Assembly (NCBI GenBank): GCA_963767735.1
Contig: CAVYES010000010.1
Location: 1-64,000 of the forward strand
Length of the DNA stretch: 64,000 bases
DNA from: Candidatus Bathyarchaeota archaeon
GTDB taxonomy: Archaea > Thermoproteota > Bathyarchaeia > Bathyarchaeales > Bathycorpusculaceae
Direction: 5' to 3'
Both the position numbers and the translations under genes were made by a program. Position 1 is the first letter of the stretch; each line of letters begins with the position of its first letter. The notes beneath the pieces were generated by a model. It made no database searches and was not told the origin of the DNA. It saw only the letters and a program-made list of their open reading frames with translations. Shown piece by piece: positions 51,993-61,353 of the stretch.

Positions 51993-53198
51993 ATGCAAAA
52001 TCGCCCAGCCATAGTTGCTGTTGGCAGAACCAAGTTTGGGGAACATTACGGCAAAGAACCAGAAAAACTAATTGAAGAAGCTTGGCTTGCTGCTTCAAAC
52101 GAATGCAACATAGAGCGCAAGGACCTAGAAGCCTGTTACATGTCAGATTGTTTTCTGCCAATCACAAACAAACTAGGCTTAGAAGAAGGCTTTCTCTCAG
52201 AACTCACAGAACTTCATGTGCCTATGGAGGTAACCCGCTCTTTCAGCGCTGCATTGTTAACCGCTTGCCACGCAATTCAAGCTGGAGTTTACAACACGGT
52301 TCTTGTCGGCGGCATAGAAAAAATGACTGACCGCTGGGACAAAATACGCGATGATCTCATGCTTTTGGAAGACCCATGGAGTTATTATGCAGGCGGCACT
52401 CCGGAAGCAAATCATGAGCTTATGCTTAGAGCGTACATAAAAAAGCACAATATATCTGGAGAAAACCTTGACAAACTAAACCTGGCTCTAGCTCAGGTGT
52501 CAGTTAAAAACCATGCGAACGCGACCAAAAACAAGTATGCGCAGTTCCAAAGAAAAATCACTGTTGACCAAGTCTTGAACGCGAGGAAAGAAGCGCATAA
52601 ATCTTTGGGGCTGTACGATTTTGCCCCAATTTCTGACGGCGCATCAGCCTTGATTCTTACAAGCGAGACAGTTGCCAAAAAGTTGAATCCTAATCCAGTT
52701 TACGTTTTAGGCTGCACGTCAGCTACTGATTACCTGAATTATTCAGCAAGAGAAGACCTGTCCCATTTTGTGGCTGCTGAAATAGCCATGAAGAATGCTT
52801 CTCGTATGGCTAAAACAGATTTGCTTGACATGCAGGTTATCGAAGTTAATGACCAGTCAACCGTGATGGAGCTTGTTTCCCTTGAAGATTTAGGCTTTTG
52901 CGAAAAAGGGACCGCTTGGAGAAGCATATATGAAAGCTGCCAAAACAACAAAAACTTTTACGAAATAAACGGCAGGCAACTTTTCGTTAACACGGACGGG
53001 GGGTTAAAGGCGGATGGAAACCCGTTAGGCGCTACTGGCGGGGCACAGATTTTTGAGATTTACCGGCAGTTGAAAGGTGAGGCTGGCGAACGTCAAGTTA
53101 ACATTGGTAATGGTTCACCTAAGCGTGGTTGTGTGCTAGAGTTTGAGGGCTTTGGAACTAAAGCTTACGTTACTATTTTAGGAGAGAGGAAAGATTGA
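51993..53198 (+). CDS. Archaeal thiolase-family protein with degenerate catalytic motifs
   Basis: VGRTKFG, GGIEKM, PISDGASA and NTDGGLKADGNPLGATG; upstream of HMG-CoA synthase. Confidence 0.85.
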   Translation: MQNRPAIVAVGRTKFGEHYGKEPEKLIEEAWLAASNECNIERKDLEACYMSDCFLPITNKLGLEEGFLSELTELHVPMEVTRSFSAALLTACHAIQAGVYNTVLVGGIEKMTDRWDKIRDDLMLLEDPWSYYAGGTPEANHELMLRAYIKKHNISGENLDKLNLALAQVSVKNHANATKNKYAQFQRKITVDQVLNARKEAHKSLGLYDFAPISDGASALILTSETVAKKLNPNPVYVLGCTSATDYLNYSAREDLSHFVAAEIAMKNASRMAKTDLLDMQVIEVNDQSTVMELVSLEDLGFCEKGTAWRSIYESCQNNKNFYEINGRQLFVNTDGGLKADGNPLGATGGAQIFEIYRQLKGEAGERQVNIGNGSPKRGCVLEFEGFGTKAYVTILGERKD

Positions 53199-54703
53199 GC
53201 AGTGAACCGATCGAGCGACGGGTTTCTTATTTAGGTGACAGGTTACGAGCAAGCCGCTGTCAAAGTTGCGGCAAAGAATATTTTGAAGTGAGAGATTACT
53301 GCAGCAACTGCGGCAGAAAAAGCTATCGAAAAATGGATAATATAGACTTGTTTTATGATAAAGGCAAACTTGAATTATGCACCTTCATTAATGAACCAAC
53401 TAACAAGTTCACGAAACTCTCCAGCTTCGTTTACGGAATTGTTTCTTTTCATAACGGTAAAATTCGTGTTCCAGGAAGGCTAACTGACCAGCTGATAGCT
53501 GATGGTGACGATGTTGATTTTTCAAGCCTTGAAGGAAGAGAAGTGGTTCCGCGTTTTAGAAGGCGCTATTCAGTCGACAAAAGCGATTTGATTCCCACAA
53601 TCTCTTTAGCTTTCACGTTAGCCGACGAGTACTATCCGCACCAAGAGTACAGCGTGCTTGCGTCAAGTAAAGAATACGACATCCCCGGCGTAGTAGGTTA
53701 CGGCGTTTACACTTCAAGATTTCGAATAAAAGAAAGCGGACTCGAACGCGCAGTTCCCTTTATCGATGAAGACTCAGCAACAGCCGCTGTAGAGGCTGGA
53801 AAACTAGCCCTGATTCATTCAGGTGTTGACAGCAAACTGGTTGGCAAAGTTTATGTTGGCTCAGAATCCAACCCTTATGCAGTTAAGCCTATCGCTTCAA
53901 AGGTTGCTCAAGTTCTCAAGCTTGGCGAAGAAGACGGCGACATTCAAGGCGTTGACGCAGTGGATACGGAGTTTGCTTGCAAAGCGGCAGCAAGCATGTT
54001 TAAAGACGCAGCAGCGCTCGTAAGCTACCCACGTTCAGGCATAAAATACGCTATGGTTATTGGTGCCGATAACGCTCAAGCAGCACCCAGAGGCTGCGCC
54101 GGCGGCGAACTGGACGCGTTTGTTGGATACGGCGGTGCCGCGTTTATTTTCGGAAAACATGATGTTATCGCTGAAGTTGAAGGTTGGTACTCATGTACGT
54201 CTGATACACCCGATTTTTGGCGCAGAGACGGTGAACCTTACCCGATGCATGGCGGGCGATTCACGGGTGACCCAGCTTACTTCAAGCATGTCCGCAAATC
54301 AACATGTAAACTTATGGAACGTTTGAACCTGAAGGCGAGTGATTTGAACTATTTTGTGGCGCATCAGCCCAATCCCACCTTCCCAGTCAGAATCGCAAAG
54401 GAGCTTGGTTTTAGAGAAGAGCAGTATTTGCCTTCACTTCAAATCAACAAGTTCGGCAACACCTATTCTGGTTGCTCGCCCTTGGGTTTAGCTGCAGTAT
54501 TAGACATTGCAAAGCCTGAAGAGCGCATCTTAGTTGCAAGTTACGGTTCAGGCGCCGGAAGCGACGCGTATTTGCTTAGAACCACCAGCCAACTTTTAGA
54601 TAAGCGAAACCGTCAAAAAGTTAATGTTAAATTCCAAGCTGAAAACCCGTTTATAGAGTATGTGGATTATACGACTTATCGCCGACTTAAACTTGGAATG
54701 TAA
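53195..54703 (+). CDS. DUF35 (Zn-ribbon/OB) - HMG-CoA synthase fusion
   Basis: N-terminal CQSCG..CSNCG and PRFRR; C-terminal GSES, EFACKA, HQPN, GNTYSG and SYGSGAGSD. Confidence 0.9.
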   Translation: MSSEPIERRVSYLGDRLRASRCQSCGKEYFEVRDYCSNCGRKSYRKMDNIDLFYDKGKLELCTFINEPTNKFTKLSSFVYGIVSFHNGKIRVPGRLTDQLIADGDDVDFSSLEGREVVPRFRRRYSVDKSDLIPTISLAFTLADEYYPHQEYSVLASSKEYDIPGVVGYGVYTSRFRIKESGLERAVPFIDEDSATAAVEAGKLALIHSGVDSKLVGKVYVGSESNPYAVKPIASKVAQVLKLGEEDGDIQGVDAVDTEFACKAAASMFKDAAALVSYPRSGIKYAMVIGADNAQAAPRGCAGGELDAFVGYGGAAFIFGKHDVIAEVEGWYSCTSDTPDFWRRDGEPYPMHGGRFTGDPAYFKHVRKSTCKLMERLNLKASDLNYFVAHQPNPTFPVRIAKELGFREEQYLPSLQINKFGNTYSGCSPLGLAAVLDIAKPEERILVASYGSGAGSDAYLLRTTSQLLDKRNRQKVNVKFQAENPFIEYVDYTTYRRLKLGM

Positions 54704-54729
54704 CGAATACATACTTTAATAAATCACGT

Positions 54730-56022
54730 GTGAATCTCAAGTACCGACGGAGCCTGCAGATGATTCTAGACGACATTGCAAAAGTTGTTTATGCGCCAGT
54801 GAAAGCGTTCAAGAAAATAATTGAGAACCCAAAATATTTGGGCGCAATATTAATTCTGGTTATTTTCATAGGCGTGCAAATAGGCTACGAGTATGTGCAG
54901 TTTTCGAAAACATACACTGAGAACACGTCGCCCACCGTTGACAATTTACAAACGTTTATCAACTCAACTTCTTGGCAAAGCATCTCAAAGGTCGCCATAA
55001 GCAACAATTACAACGACTTCTTTAATTACAGCGTTTACATAGCAGCGCTTGGCACCAACTATGGTATATTTGGAAACAGCAGTCTAGAAATGGATGCTGC
55101 AAACACAAACAATATAACGGCAGCTTTAAGCGGCGTTTTCGATGTAAACTGCCTCGCCCCCTCAGGTTTCCAGAATCTTTCAATGACCATAAAACAGGCA
55201 ACGCCCGCGGTAGCGCCTCAAAGTGCAACTTTAACGTTGTACTCAGGTACCGACTCAAACTCTTACCAATACAGCTTAACTTCTGCCTTATCTAACACGG
55301 CAGATATTGGTGTTTGGAACAATTTAACCATCTCCGTTGGGCAAAATGCTCAAGGGTGGACAAGCAGCGGTTCACCTTCATGGGGCAACGTGACAGCTCT
55401 ACAATTAAGCCTCAACTACCCTTCCAATTCTAACATAACTGTTCGGATCGGCGCCTTATTCTTCCGAGGGCAATATGAAACGCCTATCCAATACAATAAC
55501 ACGGGGCTGATTCTGCAGTTTTTGCAGGCGTACTCTCTGCAGTTCATTTTAGGTTGGCTTCTAATAACAGGATTGATGTACCTGTTTTTTAAAGGATTAA
55601 AAAGCAGTGTACTTTGGAAACCTATGTTTATCGCTGTGAGTTTCGGCATGTTCGTTTTGGTTATTCGAGCATTAGTAAATCTTGTTGCAGCAGCTACTTT
55701 GCCCACGCTTTACTATCCCTTTGACATATCGCTGGGTGTGCGTTTTGACGCTTATGGAGCAATATTTTACCCTCCAGGGTCAGTAGGCACCTTGTCAGCG
55801 CAGTCTCAAGCTATTTTCAACAGCATTAACTCTGCGACTGCCAACTTCAGATTTGTAACTTCAGCAATGTTCGTCGTCGGATACATTTGGTTAGGCGCCC
55901 TGTGCACGATAATCGTGGGGACACTCAAACCAGAGTTTTCAATGATGAAAAGGGTACTTATTTCTGCTGTCAGCATTGCAGTCACGATCCTGCTCTTGCT
56001 TTTGCTGGTAGGCATCGTCTAA
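54730..56022 (+). CDS. Yip1-like membrane protein with extracellular insert
   Basis: KVVYAPVKAFKKI N-terminal motif, TM helices and a Ser/Thr/Asn-rich loop. Confidence 0.65.
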   Translation: MNLKYRRSLQMILDDIAKVVYAPVKAFKKIIENPKYLGAILILVIFIGVQIGYEYVQFSKTYTENTSPTVDNLQTFINSTSWQSISKVAISNNYNDFFNYSVYIAALGTNYGIFGNSSLEMDAANTNNITAALSGVFDVNCLAPSGFQNLSMTIKQATPAVAPQSATLTLYSGTDSNSYQYSLTSALSNTADIGVWNNLTISVGQNAQGWTSSGSPSWGNVTALQLSLNYPSNSNITVRIGALFFRGQYETPIQYNNTGLILQFLQAYSLQFILGWLLITGLMYLFFKGLKSSVLWKPMFIAVSFGMFVLVIRALVNLVAAATLPTLYYPFDISLGVRFDAYGAIFYPPGSVGTLSAQSQAIFNSINSATANFRFVTSAMFVVGYIWLGALCTIIVGTLKPEFSMMKRVLISAVSIAVTILLLLLLVGIV

Positions 56023-56172
56023 ACCACTAATCTAAAACATCTAAACCTCACCTTTCCCGATTTTTTGCTTTCCAATCTTATCCTGGCGCAGTTAGGCAAG
56101 ATTTATATGATTGAAGTTCACTTTTGCAAGTGAAAACCCTCAGCAGGGAATTTACAGTTTGGGTGACTTAAT

Positions 56173-56466
56173 GTGACGGCAATTAAAGATTTACAGAACG
56201 GAATGAAACGGGTTAGCGTTGAAGCGAAAGTTGTAGAAAAAGGCGACCCCAGAGAAGTCAAATCACGGTTCAAAGATGAAACATACAGAATTGTTGACGC
56301 AGTTGTTGCAGACGAAAGCGGCAGTGTAAAGCTGACGTTGTGGAATGAGCAGATTGACCAAGTGAACGTTGGCGATAACATTAAAATCGAAAACGGATAC
56401 GTTACCAGCTTCAAAAGCGAAATTCAACTCAACGTCGGGAAATTCGGAAAATTAACCGTCGGGTAA
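56173..56466 (+). CDS. Single OB-fold ssDNA-binding protein
   Basis: VADESGSVKLTLWNEQ...IENGY...QLNVGKFG, typical of crenarchaeal-type SSB. Confidence 0.9.
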   Translation: MTAIKDLQNGMKRVSVEAKVVEKGDPREVKSRFKDETYRIVDAVVADESGSVKLTLWNEQIDQVNVGDNIKIENGYVTSFKSEIQLNVGKFGKLTVG

Positions 56467-56638
56467 ACGTTAAATTAAGCATACATCTTTTTCTTTTCTA
56501 TAAGTTTTTTTTGTGTTTTCAAATGTTTGAAAACCACTAAGCTGTTTTGAAAGTAAAAACTGTTTTTCATTAGTCAAGAATTCTTGTGGCAATAAATCTT
56601 GACAAAAACTCTCTTAAGAGCTGGCAAGGTATGGCTAG

Positions 56639-59185
56639 TTGATTGTTATGACAAAGACAAGAGCTATCTTGAGCGTATTCTTGACAGCCCTTATGATCAG
56701 CGGATTAGCTTTTGTCGGCAGTGTGCATTTTGGCACGGCTCAAAGTGGAGCGCCAACCTCAACTCCTACACCAACTTCTCCAATTGCCTATTGGAAACTA
56801 GATGAGGCCTCAGGCAACATCGCTTATGATAGTTCGGGCAACAACAATGACGGCACTATTAATGGGGCTACTTGGGTGACGGACGTTAATGGAAGCGGAT
56901 GTTCATTAAATTTTAATGGCGTAGATAATTCTGTAAGTATCCCTTTCAAATTATCTTCAAGTCCTTCTTCGCTTACAGTGTCTGCATGGATTAATTCAAA
57001 CTTTTCAAGCAGCACGGGAACCATATTATATAATGGTCAAGGTGGAGAGTTTTCATTGTTTTCGGGTAACGCGAGTGGGATGCCGCCAAATGATATTGCA
57101 GGATTTAACGTAAAATTGACCGACGGAAACTGGTATCTTGTTTTCTCAAGTGCGTTGGCACCAAACACTTGGTATAATATCGTTGGCACCTGGGTTGAGG
57201 GTAGTTCTTTAAAAATATATATTGATGGAACGCTATCAGGTCAAAATACAGCTATTCCTGATTTGCCTCTTAGGGATGCTGGAGCTGGCTTCCCTTCATT
57301 CATAGGCACATATTTGAACTCAATGTTTTTCTTCAATGGAGACATAGCTGATGTTAAGATTTACGATTATGCCCAGACTCCTTCCCAAATAGCTCAGGAC
57401 ATTGCATCAGTGAATAACACTGCATCCTCGCCCACTCCAACTTCATCGACCACAAACACTTGGACAAATCTGATGCCTTCCGTTTCTCCGCCTGCACGGG
57501 CAAACCAAATGATGTGTTATGACTCTACTGATAATGTGCTTGTTATGTTTGGCGGGTGGGATGGAGCTTATTTAGGTGACACATGGATATACAGTTTCCA
57601 AAATAACATGTGGATTAACAAATCACCTCAAGGAAGTCCATCTCCGAGAGAGCGTAGCGGAATGGTCTATGATTCAAAGGACGACTTAGTCATTTTGTTT
57701 GGAGGATATAACGGACAAAACTTCCTCGATGAAACATGGACTTACAACGTCAAAACAAACACGTGGACACAAATGTTTCCCGCGGTTTCTCCCCCAAACA
57801 ACAGCCAGATATATGCCAACGGGTCTATGATTAATTTAGGAATGGCATACGACTCCAAAGACAATGTGGTAATAGTATTTAGTGACGAGGGAAACACTTG
57901 GGCTTACAACCTAGCCGCAAACATTTGGGTGAATATGAAGCCGTCTGTTTCTCCAGCTCCCCGTGCTCTTTCTACTAATGGGCAGCAAATGGTTTATGAT
58001 GAAAGTAACAACGATATTTTGCTTTTTGGAGGAAGCCCAATTTGGTATTCTACAGCGTTAAATGATACATGGGCTTACAATTATGAAGCGAACACTTGGA
58101 CAAACCTGAATCCAAGTATTGCTCCCTCAGCAAGGGAGGACTCTCAAATGGTTTATGACAGCGTTGATAACGTAATTGCGCTTTATGGCGGAGGTTCAGG
58201 CGACCAATCCCAACTTTTCGACGACACATGGGTTTTCAACATGACATCCAACAAATGGACAGATGTCACACCAGCGCAATCTCCTCCTGTAAGGTATGCC
58301 TCAGCCATGGCTTATAATCCCACAAACAATGAGGCAGTGCTCTTTGGAGGATTTAACAACCAACAGGAAATCTGGTATGGGGATACTTGGGCATTCACAT
58401 TTGCTCCGAACTCTACTCCCGTGCCGAGTCCAACGCCTCCTCCAACCCCAACGCTTCCAACGCCCAGTCTTGCTGTTTCTTGTCAAAGTTCAACTTCTTA
58501 CTCAAACTTTAGAGTCGACATATCTGGAAGCTTAACCGTTGATGGGGCAGGAATATCAGGTGTTCCAGTTTTGCTTTCGTACAGCGTTAATGAAGGCAAC
58601 TCATGGATTGGCCTTACCACCGTAGGTACTGATAGTAACGGAAACTTTGATGTGGTTTGGTTTCCATCTGCATCAGGGATCTATCTTCTGAATGCTCAGT
58701 GGGCTGGGAACTCAACATTTTCCGACACTAATACAACAATTAATTTTGCAATTGTGCCTTGTCAGGGTCAGAGTGTTTTTTCATTATCTTCAAACTCAAC
58801 CATCTCCGCGTTTGCTTTCAATTCTACAAGCGAAGAACTAAGCTTTATTGTCAGTGGAGCCTCGGGCACACATGGATACGTTGATTTATACATTCCTAAA
58901 TCGCTAATGAGTGATGTTTCAGCTCTCAAGGTTTATCTTGATGATAAACAATTGAATTGCTCCATTGAATCGCAAGGAGATTCTTGGCTCCTTTCTTTCA
59001 ATTATCATCTATGCACTCATCAAGTGGTCGTAGACTTCGGCACACCACGCACCACTGCAGCATCAACCTTGTTTAGCCAAAGCCAAATAGGAGACTTAGT
59101 TATTGGAGTCGCCGTCGTTGCAATGGTAATTGTTGCAGTGGCAATTGGAGCATTCTTGTTAGGAAAGAGAGCGGGGCGGAAATAG
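56639..59185 (+). CDS. Cell-surface protein: LamG domain + Kelch-like repeats + Ig-like domains + C-terminal TM anchor
   Basis: Signal peptide, AYWKLDE..G LamG start, repeated MxYD....LFGG....DTW, PT linkers and a C-terminal hydrophobic helix. Confidence 0.85.
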   Translation: MIVMTKTRAILSVFLTALMISGLAFVGSVHFGTAQSGAPTSTPTPTSPIAYWKLDEASGNIAYDSSGNNNDGTINGATWVTDVNGSGCSLNFNGVDNSVSIPFKLSSSPSSLTVSAWINSNFSSSTGTILYNGQGGEFSLFSGNASGMPPNDIAGFNVKLTDGNWYLVFSSALAPNTWYNIVGTWVEGSSLKIYIDGTLSGQNTAIPDLPLRDAGAGFPSFIGTYLNSMFFFNGDIADVKIYDYAQTPSQIAQDIASVNNTASSPTPTSSTTNTWTNLMPSVSPPARANQMMCYDSTDNVLVMFGGWDGAYLGDTWIYSFQNNMWINKSPQGSPSPRERSGMVYDSKDDLVILFGGYNGQNFLDETWTYNVKTNTWTQMFPAVSPPNNSQIYANGSMINLGMAYDSKDNVVIVFSDEGNTWAYNLAANIWVNMKPSVSPAPRALSTNGQQMVYDESNNDILLFGGSPIWYSTALNDTWAYNYEANTWTNLNPSIAPSAREDSQMVYDSVDNVIALYGGGSGDQSQLFDDTWVFNMTSNKWTDVTPAQSPPVRYASAMAYNPTNNEAVLFGGFNNQQEIWYGDTWAFTFAPNSTPVPSPTPPPTPTLPTPSLAVSCQSSTSYSNFRVDISGSLTVDGAGISGVPVLLSYSVNEGNSWIGLTTVGTDSNGNFDVVWFPSASGIYLLNAQWAGNSTFSDTNTTINFAIVPCQGQSVFSLSSNSTISAFAFNSTSEELSFIVSGASGTHGYVDLYIPKSLMSDVSALKVYLDDKQLNCSIESQGDSWLLSFNYHLCTHQVVVDFGTPRTTAASTLFSQSQIGDLVIGVAVVAMVIVAVAIGAFLLGKRAGRK

Positions 59186-59299
59186 CCGTCTTGTAACGAT
59201 TTCTTATTTAATATCAACTGAAAAGATTTCAGGCTTAAATCACTATTTTTCTGGAAAATCCTTATTAAATCAATTCTTCTTTGGGTCATTTCTCGTTAC

Positions 59300-61264
59300 T
59301 TGTGGAGAAGCAGCATGAAGTTTGAGCTTATTGCGCCATTTAAAATCTCGCCTGGGCAGGACGCAGCCGTTAACCAGTTAGTGAGCAACTTTTCCAAAAA
59401 AGACAAGCAAACCCTTCTGGGCATCACTGGAAGCGGAAAAACTTTTGTGATGGCTAACGTAATTAACAGGCTGCAAAAGCCAACACTTATCCTTGCGCAT
59501 AACAAGATCTTGGCTGCTCAGCTCTACGGTGAACTCAAAGAGCTTTTCCCGCACAACCGCGTGGAATACTTCATTTCTTTTTACGATTACTATCAGCCCG
59601 AATCGTACTTGCCAGCGCAGGACATGTACATTGAGAAGGACTCGACGGTTAATGAGCAAATAGAAAAAATGCGTATGCACGCCGTATCCAGCATTGTTAG
59701 CCGAAACGACACCATAATTGTTGCGAGCATAAGCTGCATCTACAGCCTTGGAAACCCAGCTGACTTCAAAAGCATGGCGGTTGAATTGGAGGTTGGAAAG
59801 CAAGCTACAAGGCAGCAACTCATCCATGCGCTTGTCGATATGCAGTATGAGCGTAACGACATGGTGCTTGAGCCAGGCAAGTTCCGCGTGCGAGGCGACG
59901 TGCTTGATGTTGTGCCATCTTATGAGAATGATGTGATTCGGATAGAGTTTGCAGGCAACGAAATTTGTAAAATCAAAGAAGTTCACCTATTAACGGGAGA
60001 CGTCAAAGGAAACCTTGATAAGCTCACGCTTTACCCTGCACGCCAATATGTCGTGCCCGAAGAGAAACACGCACTCGCCCTTGAAGCAATTAAACAAGAA
60101 TTAGAAGAGAGACTGCCTAAACTCCCCCCGCTTGAGGCTCAACGACTCAAACAGCGAACAAACTACGATTTGGAAATGATACGGGAAGTCGGGTTCTGTG
60201 CAGGTATGGAAAACTACAGCCGACACTTTGACGGACGCAACGCTGGAGAACCACCCTTCACCCTGATAGATTATTTCCCCAAAGATTATCTTCTAATTAT
60301 TGACGAGAGCCACCAAACCATTCCTCAATCACGCGCAATGTACAACGGCGACTACGCGAGAAAACAGAACCTCGTCGACTTCGGCTTCAGACTTCCCAGC
60401 GCACTAGACAACAGGCCGCTAAAGTTTCAAGAGTTCGAGGGGAAAATGGGCAAAACTCTCTTCGTCTCCGCAACACCAGCCGAATATGAACTGGAAAAAA
60501 GCGGTCCACCAGTTGAATTAATCACTCGCCCAACGGGTCTTTTGGACCCTGAGGTTGAAATTCATCCGATAGCTAGGCAGATGCAGCATCTAATGTCGGA
60601 GGCAAAGAAAACTATCGAGCGAGGCGACCGCATCTTAATCACGACGTTAACAAAGCGAATGGCTGAAGACCTCGCGGATTACCTTGTTAAGGAAGGCTTC
60701 CGCGTCAGGTACATGCACTCTGAAATCGAAAGCTTAGACCGCATAGAGCTCGTGCGGCAACTGCGTGTCGGCGAATTCGATATCCTAGTAGGAATCAACC
60801 TGCTACGTGAAGGCTTAGATATTCCTGAGGTTGCAACAATTTTCATTTTGGACGCTGACAAGGAAGGTTTTCTGAGAGATGAGCGAAGCCTTATTCAAAC
60901 CATTGGGCGAGCAGCAAGAAACGTCAACGGCAGAGTAGTACTCTACGCTGACGTGGAAACAGCCTCAATTAAGCGGGCTATGGAAATCACCAAGCGCAGA
61001 CGCGCCTTCCAGAAACGCTTCAACCAAATCCACCATATCACGCCGTCAACTATAGTGAAGGGTGTTTCTCTGAAAGAGGGCACAATTAAAGGCACAAAAC
61101 ACTTGGCGAAATCAGACATTAAGCGCCAGGTGATTGAGCTTGACGCGCAAATGAGGGAAGCTGCGGAGAAACTTGATTTTGAGCGGGCTATTGAACTCAG
61201 GGATGCGATTGCAGAATTGAATAGAGCACTGTCTAAGAAGCTGGAGAACGAACTTCAAACCTGA
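59300..61264 (+). CDS. uvrB: Excinuclease ABC subunit B
   Basis: GITGSGKT, YDYYQPE, DESH, GINLLREGLD and QTIGRAARN. Confidence 0.98.
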   Translation: MWRSSMKFELIAPFKISPGQDAAVNQLVSNFSKKDKQTLLGITGSGKTFVMANVINRLQKPTLILAHNKILAAQLYGELKELFPHNRVEYFISFYDYYQPESYLPAQDMYIEKDSTVNEQIEKMRMHAVSSIVSRNDTIIVASISCIYSLGNPADFKSMAVELEVGKQATRQQLIHALVDMQYERNDMVLEPGKFRVRGDVLDVVPSYENDVIRIEFAGNEICKIKEVHLLTGDVKGNLDKLTLYPARQYVVPEEKHALALEAIKQELEERLPKLPPLEAQRLKQRTNYDLEMIREVGFCAGMENYSRHFDGRNAGEPPFTLIDYFPKDYLLIIDESHQTIPQSRAMYNGDYARKQNLVDFGFRLPSALDNRPLKFQEFEGKMGKTLFVSATPAEYELEKSGPPVELITRPTGLLDPEVEIHPIARQMQHLMSEAKKTIERGDRILITTLTKRMAEDLADYLVKEGFRVRYMHSEIESLDRIELVRQLRVGEFDILVGINLLREGLDIPEVATIFILDADKEGFLRDERSLIQTIGRAARNVNGRVVLYADVETASIKRAMEITKRRRAFQKRFNQIHHITPSTIVKGVSLKEGTIKGTKHLAKSDIKRQVIELDAQMREAAEKLDFERAIELRDAIAELNRALSKKLENELQT

Positions 61265-61353
61265 AAAATATGTGTTTAGGGCAAAAAGGTTGAAATCTTT
61301 CGTAATTAAATTGGTTACAATTTACAGAAGTGGAGAAGAGCAAGGTTTACGTT

